Assembly: GCA_965227515.1 (NCBI GenBank)
Contig: CBDDFZ010000001.1
Coordinates: forward strand, 1,952,001-2,016,000
Reading direction: 5' to 3'
DNA length: 64,000 nt
From: Alphaproteobacteria bacterium
GTDB taxonomy: Bacteria > Pseudomonadota > Alphaproteobacteria > CALKHQ01
Shown: piece by piece, positions 52,949 to 61,498 of the stretch
Position numbering within the stretch: the first letter of the stretch is position 1
Layout of the letters: each line of letters opens with the position of its first letter
Notes under the pieces: model-generated
Told to the model about the DNA's origin: nothing
Databases searched by the model: none
The model's input: the letters and a program-made list of their open reading frames with translations, nothing else
Translations under genes and position numbers: made by a program

Positions 52949-54473
52949 ACAGCCGGCCGCAGCTCGCCGCGAACTGCTCGTAGGCAGGCACGGCACCCCC
53001 CATGTCGCTGACCAGCTTGGCGAAGTCCGGATTGGCGGCGAGCAAGGGACCGGCAACGTGCAGCAACGCGCTGACCTGGCGCTCGGTCAGGGTCCAACTG
53101 GTCGGAATGGTGCGGAAGGCATCGCGGCAGGCCCGATCGCCGATCAGTTCGAAGTCCACTACCAGGGCGAACCGGTCGACATCGGGCGCCACGCCCTCGG
53201 CCACCTGCAGCAGCCGCTCCTCGTCCTCCTTGATCACGGTGCGGCCGTACTGCGCCAGTTCCGCGCGGTAGTTCTCCGCCCCGCGCTCGATCAGGCTCTT
53301 CAGCCGTTGGATCAGTCCGAACGAGGCGGCGTTGATCGGGTTGGAGATGGTCGCCGACAGCATAGTGAACAGGCCCGGCGCCTCGCCGCTGTCGTGGATG
53401 TCGAAGTCGTTGCCAACGCGGGCACTGATCACCAGCACCACCACCCGCTTCACGTTGCCCGACACGATATCGAGCAGGAAGTAGGGCGGCACCTCCTGGG
53501 TCGAGATCAGGCGCAGGGGCTCGGTCAGGCCCAGATTGTCGACCGTGCCGCCGTCCAGCAGGTGGATCCAGGCCTTGCGGGCGTCGTCCGAAGCGGCGAC
53601 GCAGGGGCCGCTATCGGGACACTCCATGTTCAAATAGCTGAGCGCGACATGGGCGCGTTGCAGCCGTTCGATGTCGCGATGGCGGTCGAACGCCAGCCCG
53701 TCGCGCACCCACGTAGTGCCGGGGGGCAGCGCCAGCCCGGCGTCGCCATCCGGGCCGGCCTGGGCGGGGCAGGGGGATTGGTTCTGCAGTGCCAGCGGCG
53801 CGAACGCGATCGGCACCGCGGCGGAGGCGGCCACCGCATCCGCCACCGGGAACGCGGTCAGGTCGGCGCACAACAGGTCGAACCAGGGCTGGGTGAACGC
53901 GAACGCGGTGCCCTCGCCCATGTCGGCGGCATTGACGATCAGATAGGGGCGGCGGCCCATCAGGTCGGCATAGGTGGCGTCGCCGAACAGCGTGTCCTCG
54001 AAATACTCGATCACCGGGTCGAGCCGGGTGTAGCCGGGGCCGGCGAGCTGGGCGAGCGTGATGGGGTTGGCCGCAGCTCCCATCAGGGCGGCGTTGCCGG
54101 ACTGGCGCAGGAACTCCCGCTCCAGGGTGTCGAAGCCGTCGCGGCCGGCCAGCGCGAACCAGGCCGAGGTGACGCTGCCGCCGGAGACCGACGAGATGAC
54201 GTCGACCTCATCGAGCATGGTGCGGCCGGGCCCGATGGGAATGGCGTCCAGCGCGCGCAGCGTGCCCAGCGTCAGGGCGGCTGCCCGCTGCCCGCCGCCG
54301 GACGCGGTGACGATGAACAGGGTCTCGCGATCGGAGTTGACGTCGCCGGGCCAGATGTACTGGTCGGCGCGCTCGGGCGTCAGCGCCTCGGTGCGCGGCG
54401 GCGTCTCGCAGCCGGCGAGCAGTGCGACGGGCGCGGTCAGCAGCGCGCACGCCGCCATCTTCCACTTCGCCAT
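52941..54473 (-). CDS. Patatin-like phospholipase, lipoprotein
   Basis: LAGC lipobox, SGGGQRA, SVSGGS nucleophile, ASAAVP and LLDGG. Confidence 0.88.
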   Translation of the reverse strand: MAKWKMAACALLTAPVALLAGCETPPRTEALTPERADQYIWPGDVNSDRETLFIVTASGGGQRAAALTLGTLRALDAIPIGPGRTMLDEVDVISSVSGGSVTSAWFALAGRDGFDTLEREFLRQSGNAALMGAAANPITLAQLAGPGYTRLDPVIEYFEDTLFGDATYADLMGRRPYLIVNAADMGEGTAFAFTQPWFDLLCADLTAFPVADAVAASAAVPIAFAPLALQNQSPCPAQAGPDGDAGLALPPGTTWVRDGLAFDRHRDIERLQRAHVALSYLNMECPDSGPCVAASDDARKAWIHLLDGGTVDNLGLTEPLRLISTQEVPPYFLLDIVSGNVKRVVVLVISARVGNDFDIHDSGEAPGLFTMLSATISNPINAASFGLIQRLKSLIERGAENYRAELAQYGRTVIKEDEERLLQVAEGVAPDVDRFALVVDFELIGDRACRDAFRTIPTSWTLTERQVSALLHVAGPLLAANPDFAKLVSDMGGAVPAYEQFAASCGRLFN

Positions 54474-54555
54474 GCCATGCCCCTCCGTGCGTTGTGCCGC
54501 GCCGGGGATGGTGCGGGTTTTAATGAAGGGACGCAAGCGAGATGCATTGTGATGG

Positions 54556-54584
54556 TTGACATAATTGTCCCAATATCGTACAAA
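54556..54584 (+). promoter_or_regulatory. Sigma70 promoter of hicAB with overlapping palindrome
   Basis: TTGACA-17 nt-TACAAA; GACA-TAAT-TGTC overlaps the -35 element. Confidence 0.7.
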
Positions 54585-54632
54585 AAGAGACCTGTTGGAG
54601 GCGAAAATAACCCTGGGACGTGTTCGTCTTTG

Positions 54633-54842
54633 ATGAGGGGGGATCGCCTCCACAAGAATGCGAAGGAATTCGAGCGTTGGTTGCGCAAGCAAGGGATCGA
54701 GATCGACCGAACCCGCGGAAAGGGTGGCCACGTGAAACTGACCAATCCGGCCAACGGCAAGGTCAGCACCATGACCAGCGGCAAACGCGATCTGCCCAAG
54801 GGGCTGGTCGAGGGCATCAAGAAGCAGCTTGGACTGAAGTGA
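54633..54842 (+). CDS. hicA: HicA family toxin (mRNA interferase)
   Basis: EFERWLRKQG...RGKGGH (catalytic His)...GIKKQLGLK; lies directly upstream of hicB; start uncertain. Confidence 0.85.
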   Translation: MRGDRLHKNAKEFERWLRKQGIEIDRTRGKGGHVKLTNPANGKVSTMTSGKRDLPKGLVEGIKKQLGLK

Positions 54843-54867
54843 CGGCGCATCTGGACAGGACCGGTTG

Positions 54868-55323
54868 ATGTACGCCTTTCCGATGACATTTACCGACGCA
54901 AGCCAATGGGACCCGGATGAGTCCGGTGTCGTCGTCGCTTGTGCCGATCTGCCAGAACTGCAAACGGCGGGCGACGACATGAGCGACGCGTTGTCGATGG
55001 CGCGCGATGCGCTCGCCCTGGTGCTGCAGATCTATGTCGAGGACAAGCGCCCGGTGCCGGCGCCATCCGCCCCGCGCAAGGGCGAAGTGGTGGTGGAGCC
55101 GGACCTCGTCACCGCGTTGCGGACGAAGCTCTATGAGGCGTTGCGCGACCGTGGGGTGACTCAGGTTGCGCTGGCCGAGCGGATGGGCACCAACCGGCGG
55201 ATGGTCGCGCGGTTGTTGGACTGGAAGCACAACGCCAACCCGGCGACGCTGGCCGATGCCCTGCGCGCCCTGGACTACAGACTCGATATCCGTGCCGTCG
55301 ATACGGCACCCCGGGCGGCCTAG
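54868..55323 (+). CDS. hicB: HicB family antitoxin with C-terminal XRE-type HTH
   Basis: Y.F...DLPELQTAGD...AL.MARDAL, P.PS, then TQVALAERMG HTH. Confidence 0.88.
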   Translation: MYAFPMTFTDASQWDPDESGVVVACADLPELQTAGDDMSDALSMARDALALVLQIYVEDKRPVPAPSAPRKGEVVVEPDLVTALRTKLYEALRDRGVTQVALAERMGTNRRMVARLLDWKHNANPATLADALRALDYRLDIRAVDTAPRAA

Positions 55324-55331
55324 CTGACCAG

Positions 55332-55392
55332 AAGACGTGGATGCCTCCTCGGAACAAGTCCGAGGACAGGCTCCACAAGTCCGCGCATGACG
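55332..55392. repeat. Degenerate CGTCATG-type REP half copy
   Basis: AAGACGTGGATGCC...ACAAGTCCGCGCATGACG resembles 34057-34082. Confidence 0.6.
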
Positions 55393-55522
55393 GAGTGAGG
55401 TAGAAAGCGTAGATGGGCTAACGGCCCTTGTTTGGTGGCGTGCATGAGTGGTCGTCCCTCAAGATGTCGGTGTCATACACGGAGTCGGGTTTGCCGCTCC
55501 AAGACATCGAGGAGAGACGACC

Positions 55523-56566
55523 ATGAACTACTATGCCGGGATTGACGTTTCTTTGGAATGGTCATCGGTGTGCGTTGTTGACGGCGCGGGCGGGATTGTC
55601 TGCGAGGCTCGTATTGCGAGCACGCCGGCGGGTTTGTTGTTGTGGTTTGGGTCTTTGGGGATTTCGGTTGAGCGGATTGGTCTTGAGGCGGGGCCGTTGT
55701 CGCAATGGCTTGTGCGGGGATGTAGCGAGGGCGGTCTTTCGGTTGAGTTGCTGGAGACGCGTCATGTTGCGCGAGCGCTTTCGACGATGCCGGTGAAGTC
55801 GGACCGCTCGGACGCACGCGGGATTGCTCAGCTGATGCGTGTGGGCTGGTTTCGTCCGGTTCACTGCAAGTCTTTGGCGGCCCAGGAGATGCGGGCCCTT
55901 TTGAAGGGTCGCGACCAGCTCCGCGCGAAGCTGCACGATCTTGAGATGCACCTTCGTGGTCAGCTGCGGAACTTCGGGCTGAAGGTAGGGCACACCACCA
56001 GGCGCAGCTTTTCGACACGTATTTCGGAGCTTGTGGCGGGGCATCCGGTACTGGAGGCGGTGGCGGGGGCGCTGCTGTCGGCACGCGATGGCCTGTTGCT
56101 ATCGTTCACGGCGCTGGACCGGCAGGTCCGGGCGGCGGCGCAGGCCGACGATCGCGCTCGCCTGCTGATGACGGTGCCGGGCGTGGGGAGCATTGTCGGA
56201 CTGACCTACTTGTCGGGAGTGGACGACCCCGGGCGGTTTGCCTCGTCGCGCCTGGTGGGTGCGCACTTCGGCCTGACGCCGACCAAGCGCCAGTCGGGCG
56301 AGAGCGAGGTGATGGGGCGGATATCGAAGGTAGGGGACGCCGATGTGCGCTCGGCCCTCTATGAGGCGGCACACGTGGTTCTGACCCGGCCGATCGAGGG
56401 CGGCTGGCTGAAGAGCTGGGCGATGAAGCTGGCCAGGCGTGCGGGCATGAGGAAGGCGAAGGTCGCGCTGGCGCGCCGGCTCGCCGTGATCATGCACCGG
56501 ATGTGGGTTGACGGCACACCGTTCAACCATGCCGGACCGGTGCGCCCGGCGATGGCGACAGCATGA
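55523..56566 (+). CDS. IS110-family DEDD transposase/recombinase (347 aa)
   Basis: Identical translation to copy 1; DEDD and SG motifs. Confidence 0.95.
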   Translation: MNYYAGIDVSLEWSSVCVVDGAGGIVCEARIASTPAGLLLWFGSLGISVERIGLEAGPLSQWLVRGCSEGGLSVELLETRHVARALSTMPVKSDRSDARGIAQLMRVGWFRPVHCKSLAAQEMRALLKGRDQLRAKLHDLEMHLRGQLRNFGLKVGHTTRRSFSTRISELVAGHPVLEAVAGALLSARDGLLLSFTALDRQVRAAAQADDRARLLMTVPGVGSIVGLTYLSGVDDPGRFASSRLVGAHFGLTPTKRQSGESEVMGRISKVGDADVRSALYEAAHVVLTRPIEGGWLKSWAMKLARRAGMRKAKVALARRLAVIMHRMWVDGTPFNHAGPVRPAMATA

Positions 56567-56830
56567 TGGCCGCGGCATAAGGAGAACCGACACACGAGCT
56601 TCGACGGGCACCGACACCGGCCCGTCGAGCGCCGTCCCGCGCCGGGACGATGGATCAGGTCAGGCCGCCATCCGGGATGTCGCCTCGCATGAGAGCACGC
56701 TTCCGTAGATTGGACCGACCGATCCTCGCATATCCATCTTGGCGGCGGCCCTGCGCCGACCCCGTACAGAAGCATGACCCAGGCGCCGGGACGACGAAAA
56801 AGGGATTGACCAACAATGGCCCGTTACAGA
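56567..56830 (+). ncRNA. Putative bridge/seekRNA region of IS copy 2
   Basis: Hairpin 56601-56628; guide-like segments at 56669-56678, 56703-56708, 56734-56739 and 56765-56772 inside predicted internal loops. Confidence 0.78.
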
Positions 56831-56832
56831 AG

Positions 56833-56917
56833 CCCGGGTGGAGCGGAGCGCAACCCGGGGCCTTCATTGCCGTGATAAGATTTGTCCCCGGGTTTCACTG
56901 CGTTTCACCCGGGCTAC
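56833..56917. repeat. GTAG-type REP doublet interrupted at its left end by IS copy 2
   Basis: (GTAG)CCCGGGTGGAGCGGAGCGCAACCCGGGG...CCCCGGGTTTCACTGCGTTTCACCCGGGCTAC. Confidence 0.88.
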
Positions 56918-56994
56918 GGTTCCACGCACTTCAATTGTCAGCCTCGACATTGCCCAATGGGCGCGCGTCGAGCGTGACAGCCATTGAGGGAATG

Positions 56995-57040
56995 GAAAGG
57001 AAAGAAGGCGGCGGGCCGGTTGCGGAGCAGCCCGCCGCCT
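56995..57040 (-). terminator. Rho-independent terminator of metE
   Basis: Minus strand AGGCGGCGGGC-loop-GCCCGCCGCCT followed by TCTTTTCCTTT. Confidence 0.7.
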
Positions 57041-57051
57041 ACCGCCGGGCA

Positions 57052-59346
57052 TCACTCCGCGGCGGCTTGGGGGCGCGCCAACTGAGAGCGGAGGTCGCGC
57101 GCGGCGGTAACCATGTTGGCGAGGGCAGACTCGACCTCCGGCCAGTCACGGGTCTTCAGCCCGCAGTCCGGATTGACCCACACCTGCTCCGGCGCCAGCA
57201 CCTTCAGCGCCTTTTCCAGCAGGTCGCGCATCACCGATGTGTCCGGCACCCGCGGCGAGTGGATGTCATAGACGCCGGGGCCGATCTCCGCCGGGTAGCG
57301 ATAGGCGGTGAACGCGTCCAAGAGCTCCATGTCGGAGCGCGATGTCTCTACCGAGATCACGTCGGCGTCCAAAGCGCCGATGGACTCGATGATGTCGTTG
57401 AACTCCGAGTAGCACATGTGGGTGTGGATCTGGGTGTCGTCGCGCACGCCGCTGGCCGACAGCCGGAACGCCTCGACCGCCCACTTGAGATAGGCCGGCC
57501 AGTCGGCCTGGCGCAGGGGCAGGCCCTCGCGCAGGGCGGGCTCATCGATCTGCACCGCGCGGATGCCGGCGGTCTCCAGGTCGACCACCTCGTCGCGGAT
57601 GGCGAGCGCGATCTGCTTGGTGGTTTCCGAGCGCGGCTGGTCGTCACGCACGAACGACCACTGCAGGATGGTCACCGGGCCGGTGAGCATGCCCTTCATC
57701 GGCTTGTCGGTCTGCGACTGGGCGTAGCGCGACCATTCCACCGTCATCGGGTTCGGGCGCGACACGTCGCCGAAGATGATCGGCGGCTTCACGCAGCGCG
57801 AGCCGTAGGACTGGACCCAGCCATTGGCGGTGAAGGCGAAACCGTCGAGCTGCTCGCCGAAATACTCCACCATGTCGTTGCGCTCGAACTCGCCGTGCAC
57901 CAGCACGTCGAGGCCGATCGCCTCCTGGCGGCGGATGCAGTCGTCGGTCTTCTCCTGCAGGAACTTGGTGTAGGCCGCGTCGTCCAGGTCGCCGCGGCGG
58001 TTGGCAGCGCGGGCCTGGCGCACGTCCTTGGTCTGCGGGAACGAGCCGATGGTGGTGGTGGGCAGCGGCGGCAGGTCGAGCGCCGCGCGCTGCGCCTCCC
58101 GGCGCGCCGGATAGGGGCTCTGCCGGGTCAGCCAGGCGTCGTTCACGCTGGCGGACCGCGCCTTCACCTCGTCGTTGTGGATCCGCTTCGAGGTCTTGCG
58201 GCTGGCCACGGCGGCATCGCTGTCGACGAAGGAGTCGGCGGTGGAGGGCAGGGTGCCGTTGGCCGCCTGCGCGATGGCCACGACTTCGTCCACCTTCTGC
58301 ACCGCGAAGGCGAGCCAGCTCTTCAACTCGTCGTCCAGCTTGGTCTCGCGGTTCAGGTCGACCGGACTGTGCAGCAGGGAGCACGAGGAGGCGACGATCA
58401 CCCGCTCGTCGCCGAGCTTCGCGGCGGTATCGCGCACGGTCTGCAGGGCGGCCGTCAGGTCGGTGCGCCAGATGTTGCGGCCGTCAACGAGGCCCAGCGA
58501 GGCGACCTTGTCGCTGCCGAGGGCATCGAGACCGGCGGCCAGCTCCTCGCCGCCACGGGTCAGGTCGAAGTGCAGGCCGGCCACCGGCAGGCCCGCGGCG
58601 CGCTTCAGGTTCGGGCCGTACGGGCCGAAATAGCTGGTCAGCAGGATCTTCAGGTCGGGCGCTGCCGCGGCCAGCGACCCGTAGGCGGTCTCCAGCGCGT
58701 CGAGCTGCGCATCATCGAGGTCGAGTGCCAGCACGGGCTCGTCGATCTGCACCCACCCCACGCCGGCGCCGGAGAGCTCGGACAGCACCTGCGCGTAGAC
58801 AGCAACCAGGTCGTCAATGCGTTGCAGCGGGTCGAACCCCTCCTCCTTCGACTTGGCGAGCACCAGGAACGAGAGCGGACCCACCAGCACGGGCCGGGTC
58901 TCGACGCCCAGCGCCTTCGCCTCGTTCCAGGCGTCGAGCGGGCGGTTGGCGGTCAGCCGGAAGCTGGTGTCGGCAGTCAGCTCGGGCACCATGTAGTGGT
59001 AGTTGGTGTCCAGCCACTTGGTCATTTCCAGCGCCGGTGCGGCGTCGCTGCCGCGTGCCATCGCGAAATAGGTGTCGAGCGCCGTCGCCTCGTCCCCGAA
59101 GCGCGGCGGGATCGCACCCACCATCACGGCGGTGTCCAGCACGTGGTCGTAGAACGAGAAATCGTTGCTGGCGATGTGGTCGACGCCGGCATCGGCCTGG
59201 CGCCGCCAGTTGGCGGCGCGCAGCTCGCGCGCGGTCGCCTCGAGCGCGTCGGCGGCGATCTCGCCGCGCCAGAACTGCTCCAGCGCCTTCTTTAGTTCGC
59301 GGCGCGCGCCGATGCGCGGAAAGCCGAGGATGGCAGATTGCACCAT
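57052..59346 (-). CDS. metE: Cobalamin-independent methionine synthase
   Basis: LGFPRIG..RELK, KWLDTNYHY, HGEFERNDMVEYF, HTHMCYSEF and WVNPDCGLKTR. Confidence 0.97.
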   Translation of the reverse strand: MVQSAILGFPRIGARRELKKALEQFWRGEIAADALEATARELRAANWRRQADAGVDHIASNDFSFYDHVLDTAVMVGAIPPRFGDEATALDTYFAMARGSDAAPALEMTKWLDTNYHYMVPELTADTSFRLTANRPLDAWNEAKALGVETRPVLVGPLSFLVLAKSKEEGFDPLQRIDDLVAVYAQVLSELSGAGVGWVQIDEPVLALDLDDAQLDALETAYGSLAAAAPDLKILLTSYFGPYGPNLKRAAGLPVAGLHFDLTRGGEELAAGLDALGSDKVASLGLVDGRNIWRTDLTAALQTVRDTAAKLGDERVIVASSCSLLHSPVDLNRETKLDDELKSWLAFAVQKVDEVVAIAQAANGTLPSTADSFVDSDAAVASRKTSKRIHNDEVKARSASVNDAWLTRQSPYPARREAQRAALDLPPLPTTTIGSFPQTKDVRQARAANRRGDLDDAAYTKFLQEKTDDCIRRQEAIGLDVLVHGEFERNDMVEYFGEQLDGFAFTANGWVQSYGSRCVKPPIIFGDVSRPNPMTVEWSRYAQSQTDKPMKGMLTGPVTILQWSFVRDDQPRSETTKQIALAIRDEVVDLETAGIRAVQIDEPALREGLPLRQADWPAYLKWAVEAFRLSASGVRDDTQIHTHMCYSEFNDIIESIGALDADVISVETSRSDMELLDAFTAYRYPAEIGPGVYDIHSPRVPDTSVMRDLLEKALKVLAPEQVWVNPDCGLKTRDWPEVESALANMVTAARDLRSQLARPQAAAE

Positions 59347-59368
59347 GTGGAAATCTCCGTGGATTTGA

Positions 59369-60295
59369 TCAGTTGGCGAGCGCGCGGTCCGGGCGCACGC
59401 CGAGCCGCAGGCACAGCGCGCGCGTCAGGTCGGCGCGGTTGAGGGTGTAGAAATGAAAGGCGTTCACGCCTTCGGCCTGCAGCAGGCGGCATTGCTCCGA
59501 GGCGACGGTGGCGGCAACGAGTTGGCGCGCCTCCGCGTCCTGGTCCAGGTCGTCGAACAGCTCGGCGATCCAGTCCGGCACCGCAGCACCGCACGCCTTC
59601 GCGAACTCGGCCGCGCGCCCGAAGTTGGTGATCGGCAGAATGCCGGGCACGATGGGCGCAGTGATGCCGGCCGCCGCCGCGCGGTCGCGGAACCGCAGGA
59701 ACGCGTCGACATCGAAGAAGAACTGGGTGATGGCGCGGCTGGCGCCCGCATCCAGCTTGCGCTTCAGATTGTCCAGGTCATCGCCGGCCGAGCGTGCCTG
59801 CGGGTGCACCTCCGGGTAGGCGGCGACGGAAATCTCGAAGTCGGCAATGCGGCGCAAGCCGGCGACCAGGTCGCTGGCATAGGCATAGCCGCCCGGGTGC
59901 GGCACGTAGCCGGAACCGACCCCCTCGGGCGGGTCGCCGCGCAGGGCGACGATGTGGCGGATGCCGGCGTCCCAGTAGCCGCGCGCGATCTCGTCGATCT
60001 CGGCGCGGTCGGCGCCGACGCAGGTCAGGTGGGCGGCGGCGCTCAGCGGGGTTTCCGCATTGATGCGCTTCACCGCCTTCACGGTGCGGGCGCGGGTGCT
60101 GCCGCCGGCCCCGAACGTGACCGAGACGAAGCGCGGGTTGAACGGGATCAGCTGCTGCACCGCCTGCCACCAGCCTTCCTCCAGCTTGGCGGTCTTCGGC
60201 GGGAAGAACTCGAAGCTCACTTCCGGCGCCGGCAGGCCGGTGAAGGGCAGGGTGGCGGAGCGGGTCAGGTGCTCGGGCGCGTGCATGGCGGTCAT
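59369..60295 (-). CDS. metF: Methylenetetrahydrofolate reductase
   Basis: VSFEFFPPK, AAHLTCV, ALRGDPP, AITQFFF and FHFYTLN. Confidence 0.96.
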   Translation of the reverse strand: MTAMHAPEHLTRSATLPFTGLPAPEVSFEFFPPKTAKLEEGWWQAVQQLIPFNPRFVSVTFGAGGSTRARTVKAVKRINAETPLSAAAHLTCVGADRAEIDEIARGYWDAGIRHIVALRGDPPEGVGSGYVPHPGGYAYASDLVAGLRRIADFEISVAAYPEVHPQARSAGDDLDNLKRKLDAGASRAITQFFFDVDAFLRFRDRAAAAGITAPIVPGILPITNFGRAAEFAKACGAAVPDWIAELFDDLDQDAEARQLVAATVASEQCRLLQAEGVNAFHFYTLNRADLTRALCLRLGVRPDRALAN

Positions 60296-60298
60296 GAC

Positions 60299-61273
60299 TC
60301 AGGCCTCGTCGGCGGGTTGCCAGGTTGCGGTATCGGTGGCGGCGCCGTCGCCGCGGCGGGTCAGGCGCCAGACCATGACGGTCAGCGGGTCGCCCTCCAG
60401 CCGGCGAACGGTGTCGATGGCGAGCCCGGCGCGCGCGGCCCAGCCGGCCAGCTCGGCGCTGTCGATGCCGAGCCGGATGTGGGCGTGGTCGATGCGCAGG
60501 CTCTCAAGGTCGTGGCGGTCCAGGTCGACGACGATCAGCGATCCGCCGGGGCGCAGCACCCGCGCCGCCTCGGCCAACACGTCGGCGGGCAGTTCGGCGT
60601 AGTGCAGCACCTGGTGGATGATCGCGACGTCGAACGACGCGGCCTGCAACGGCAACTGGTACATGTCGGCCTGGCGGACGCGGCAGTGGCGCAGCCCGTC
60701 GCGCTCCAGATTGGCGCGGGCGACGGCCAGCATCTCGCGCGACATGTCGACGCCAAGCGCGTTCTCGGTGCGCTCGGCGAACAGCTCGAGCATGCGGCCG
60801 GTGCCGGTGCCGATGTCCAGCAGCGCATCGCAGCGCGCCGGCACCAGGTCCAGCAACGTCGCCTCGACGTCTTTTTCCGGCACGTGGAGCGCGCGGATTT
60901 CGTGCCAGCGTCCGGCGGTCTCGCGGAAATAGGCGGCGGCGGTCTCGGCGCGGTGTCGGCGCACCGTCTCCAGCCGCTCCAGGTCGAGCGCGATCACCGG
61001 ATCGTCGCCGTCCACCGCGTCGATCAGGGTGCGCGCGACGTCGGCGACCTCGGAGTCGGCAGCAAGCCGGAAATAGGACCAGGTGCCCTCGCGCGAGCGT
61101 TCCAGCAGCCCGGCCTCCGACAGCAGCTTCAGGTGGCGGCTGACCCGCGGCTGGCTCTGGCCCAGGATCTGCGTCAGCTCCGACACCGAAAGCTCGGCAT
61201 GCCCGCACAGCACCAGCAGGCGCAATCGCGTCGGCTCGGCGGCGGCCTTCAGGGCATTGAGCAGTGTTTCCAT
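60299..61273 (-). CDS. sahR: ArsR-HTH / SAM-methyltransferase fusion regulator (SahR-type)
   Basis: SQPRVSRHLK ArsR HTH plus LLDIGTGTG domain; first gene of the metF-metE operon. Confidence 0.85.
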   Translation of the reverse strand: METLLNALKAAAEPTRLRLLVLCGHAELSVSELTQILGQSQPRVSRHLKLLSEAGLLERSREGTWSYFRLAADSEVADVARTLIDAVDGDDPVIALDLERLETVRRHRAETAAAYFRETAGRWHEIRALHVPEKDVEATLLDLVPARCDALLDIGTGTGRMLELFAERTENALGVDMSREMLAVARANLERDGLRHCRVRQADMYQLPLQAASFDVAIIHQVLHYAELPADVLAEAARVLRPGGSLIVVDLDRHDLESLRIDHAHIRLGIDSAELAGWAARAGLAIDTVRRLEGDPLTVMVWRLTRRGDGAATDTATWQPADEA

Positions 61274-61311
61274 GGCGCGCGGGCCCGTTCATCGCTGCGG
61301 GGAACGATGAC

Positions 61312-61340
61312 TACATAAAGATATCCTTATATTTCGTCAA
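61312..61340 (-). promoter_or_regulatory. Sigma70 promoter with overlapping palindromic SahR-like operator
   Basis: Minus strand TTGACG-17 nt-TATGTA; palindrome ACATAAAG-ATAT-CCTTATAT at 61313-61332. Confidence 0.78.
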
Positions 61341-61418
61341 AGACAAAAGTGGGACGCGTGGGAAGTTTCCCCGGAGGGTGGGGTGGCATGGTGGATATTC
61401 TGGATGGAGTCCGGCAGC

Positions 61419-61468
61419 CAAGCGGCCAAAAAAAGACGTGGATGGCCGGGTCAAGCCCGGCCATGACG
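61419..61468. repeat. CGTCATG-type REP half copy
   Basis: CAAGCGGCCAAAAAAAGACGTGGATGGCCGGGTCAAGCCCGGCCATGACG resembles 34045-34082. Confidence 0.75.
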
Positions 61469-61498
61469 TGAGGAGATGTGCGAGTGGCCTCGGCCGGC

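Larger units (their letters stand above)
55411..56832 (+). mobile_element. IS110-family (IS1111-type) insertion sequence, copy 2
   Basis: GT|AG-ATGGGCTAACGG...CCGTTACAGA-AG|CCCGGGTG; same ORF translations as copy 1. Confidence 0.95.

Noticed and set aside
54474-54980. N-terminal extension of the patatin ORF (679 aa)
   Set aside because: Overlaps hicAB on the opposite strand; the lipoprotein signal and RBS indicate a start at 54473
55448-55522. 25-aa N-terminal extension of the transposase (also 2225-2299)
   Set aside because: The ATG at 55523 has an RBS and the family-typical YxGID start; the upstream region is better explained as structured UTR
56650-59295. 881-aa plus-strand ORF and small ORFs in the IS 3' end
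   Set aside because: Antisense shadow of metE; the IS end is better explained as non-coding RNA
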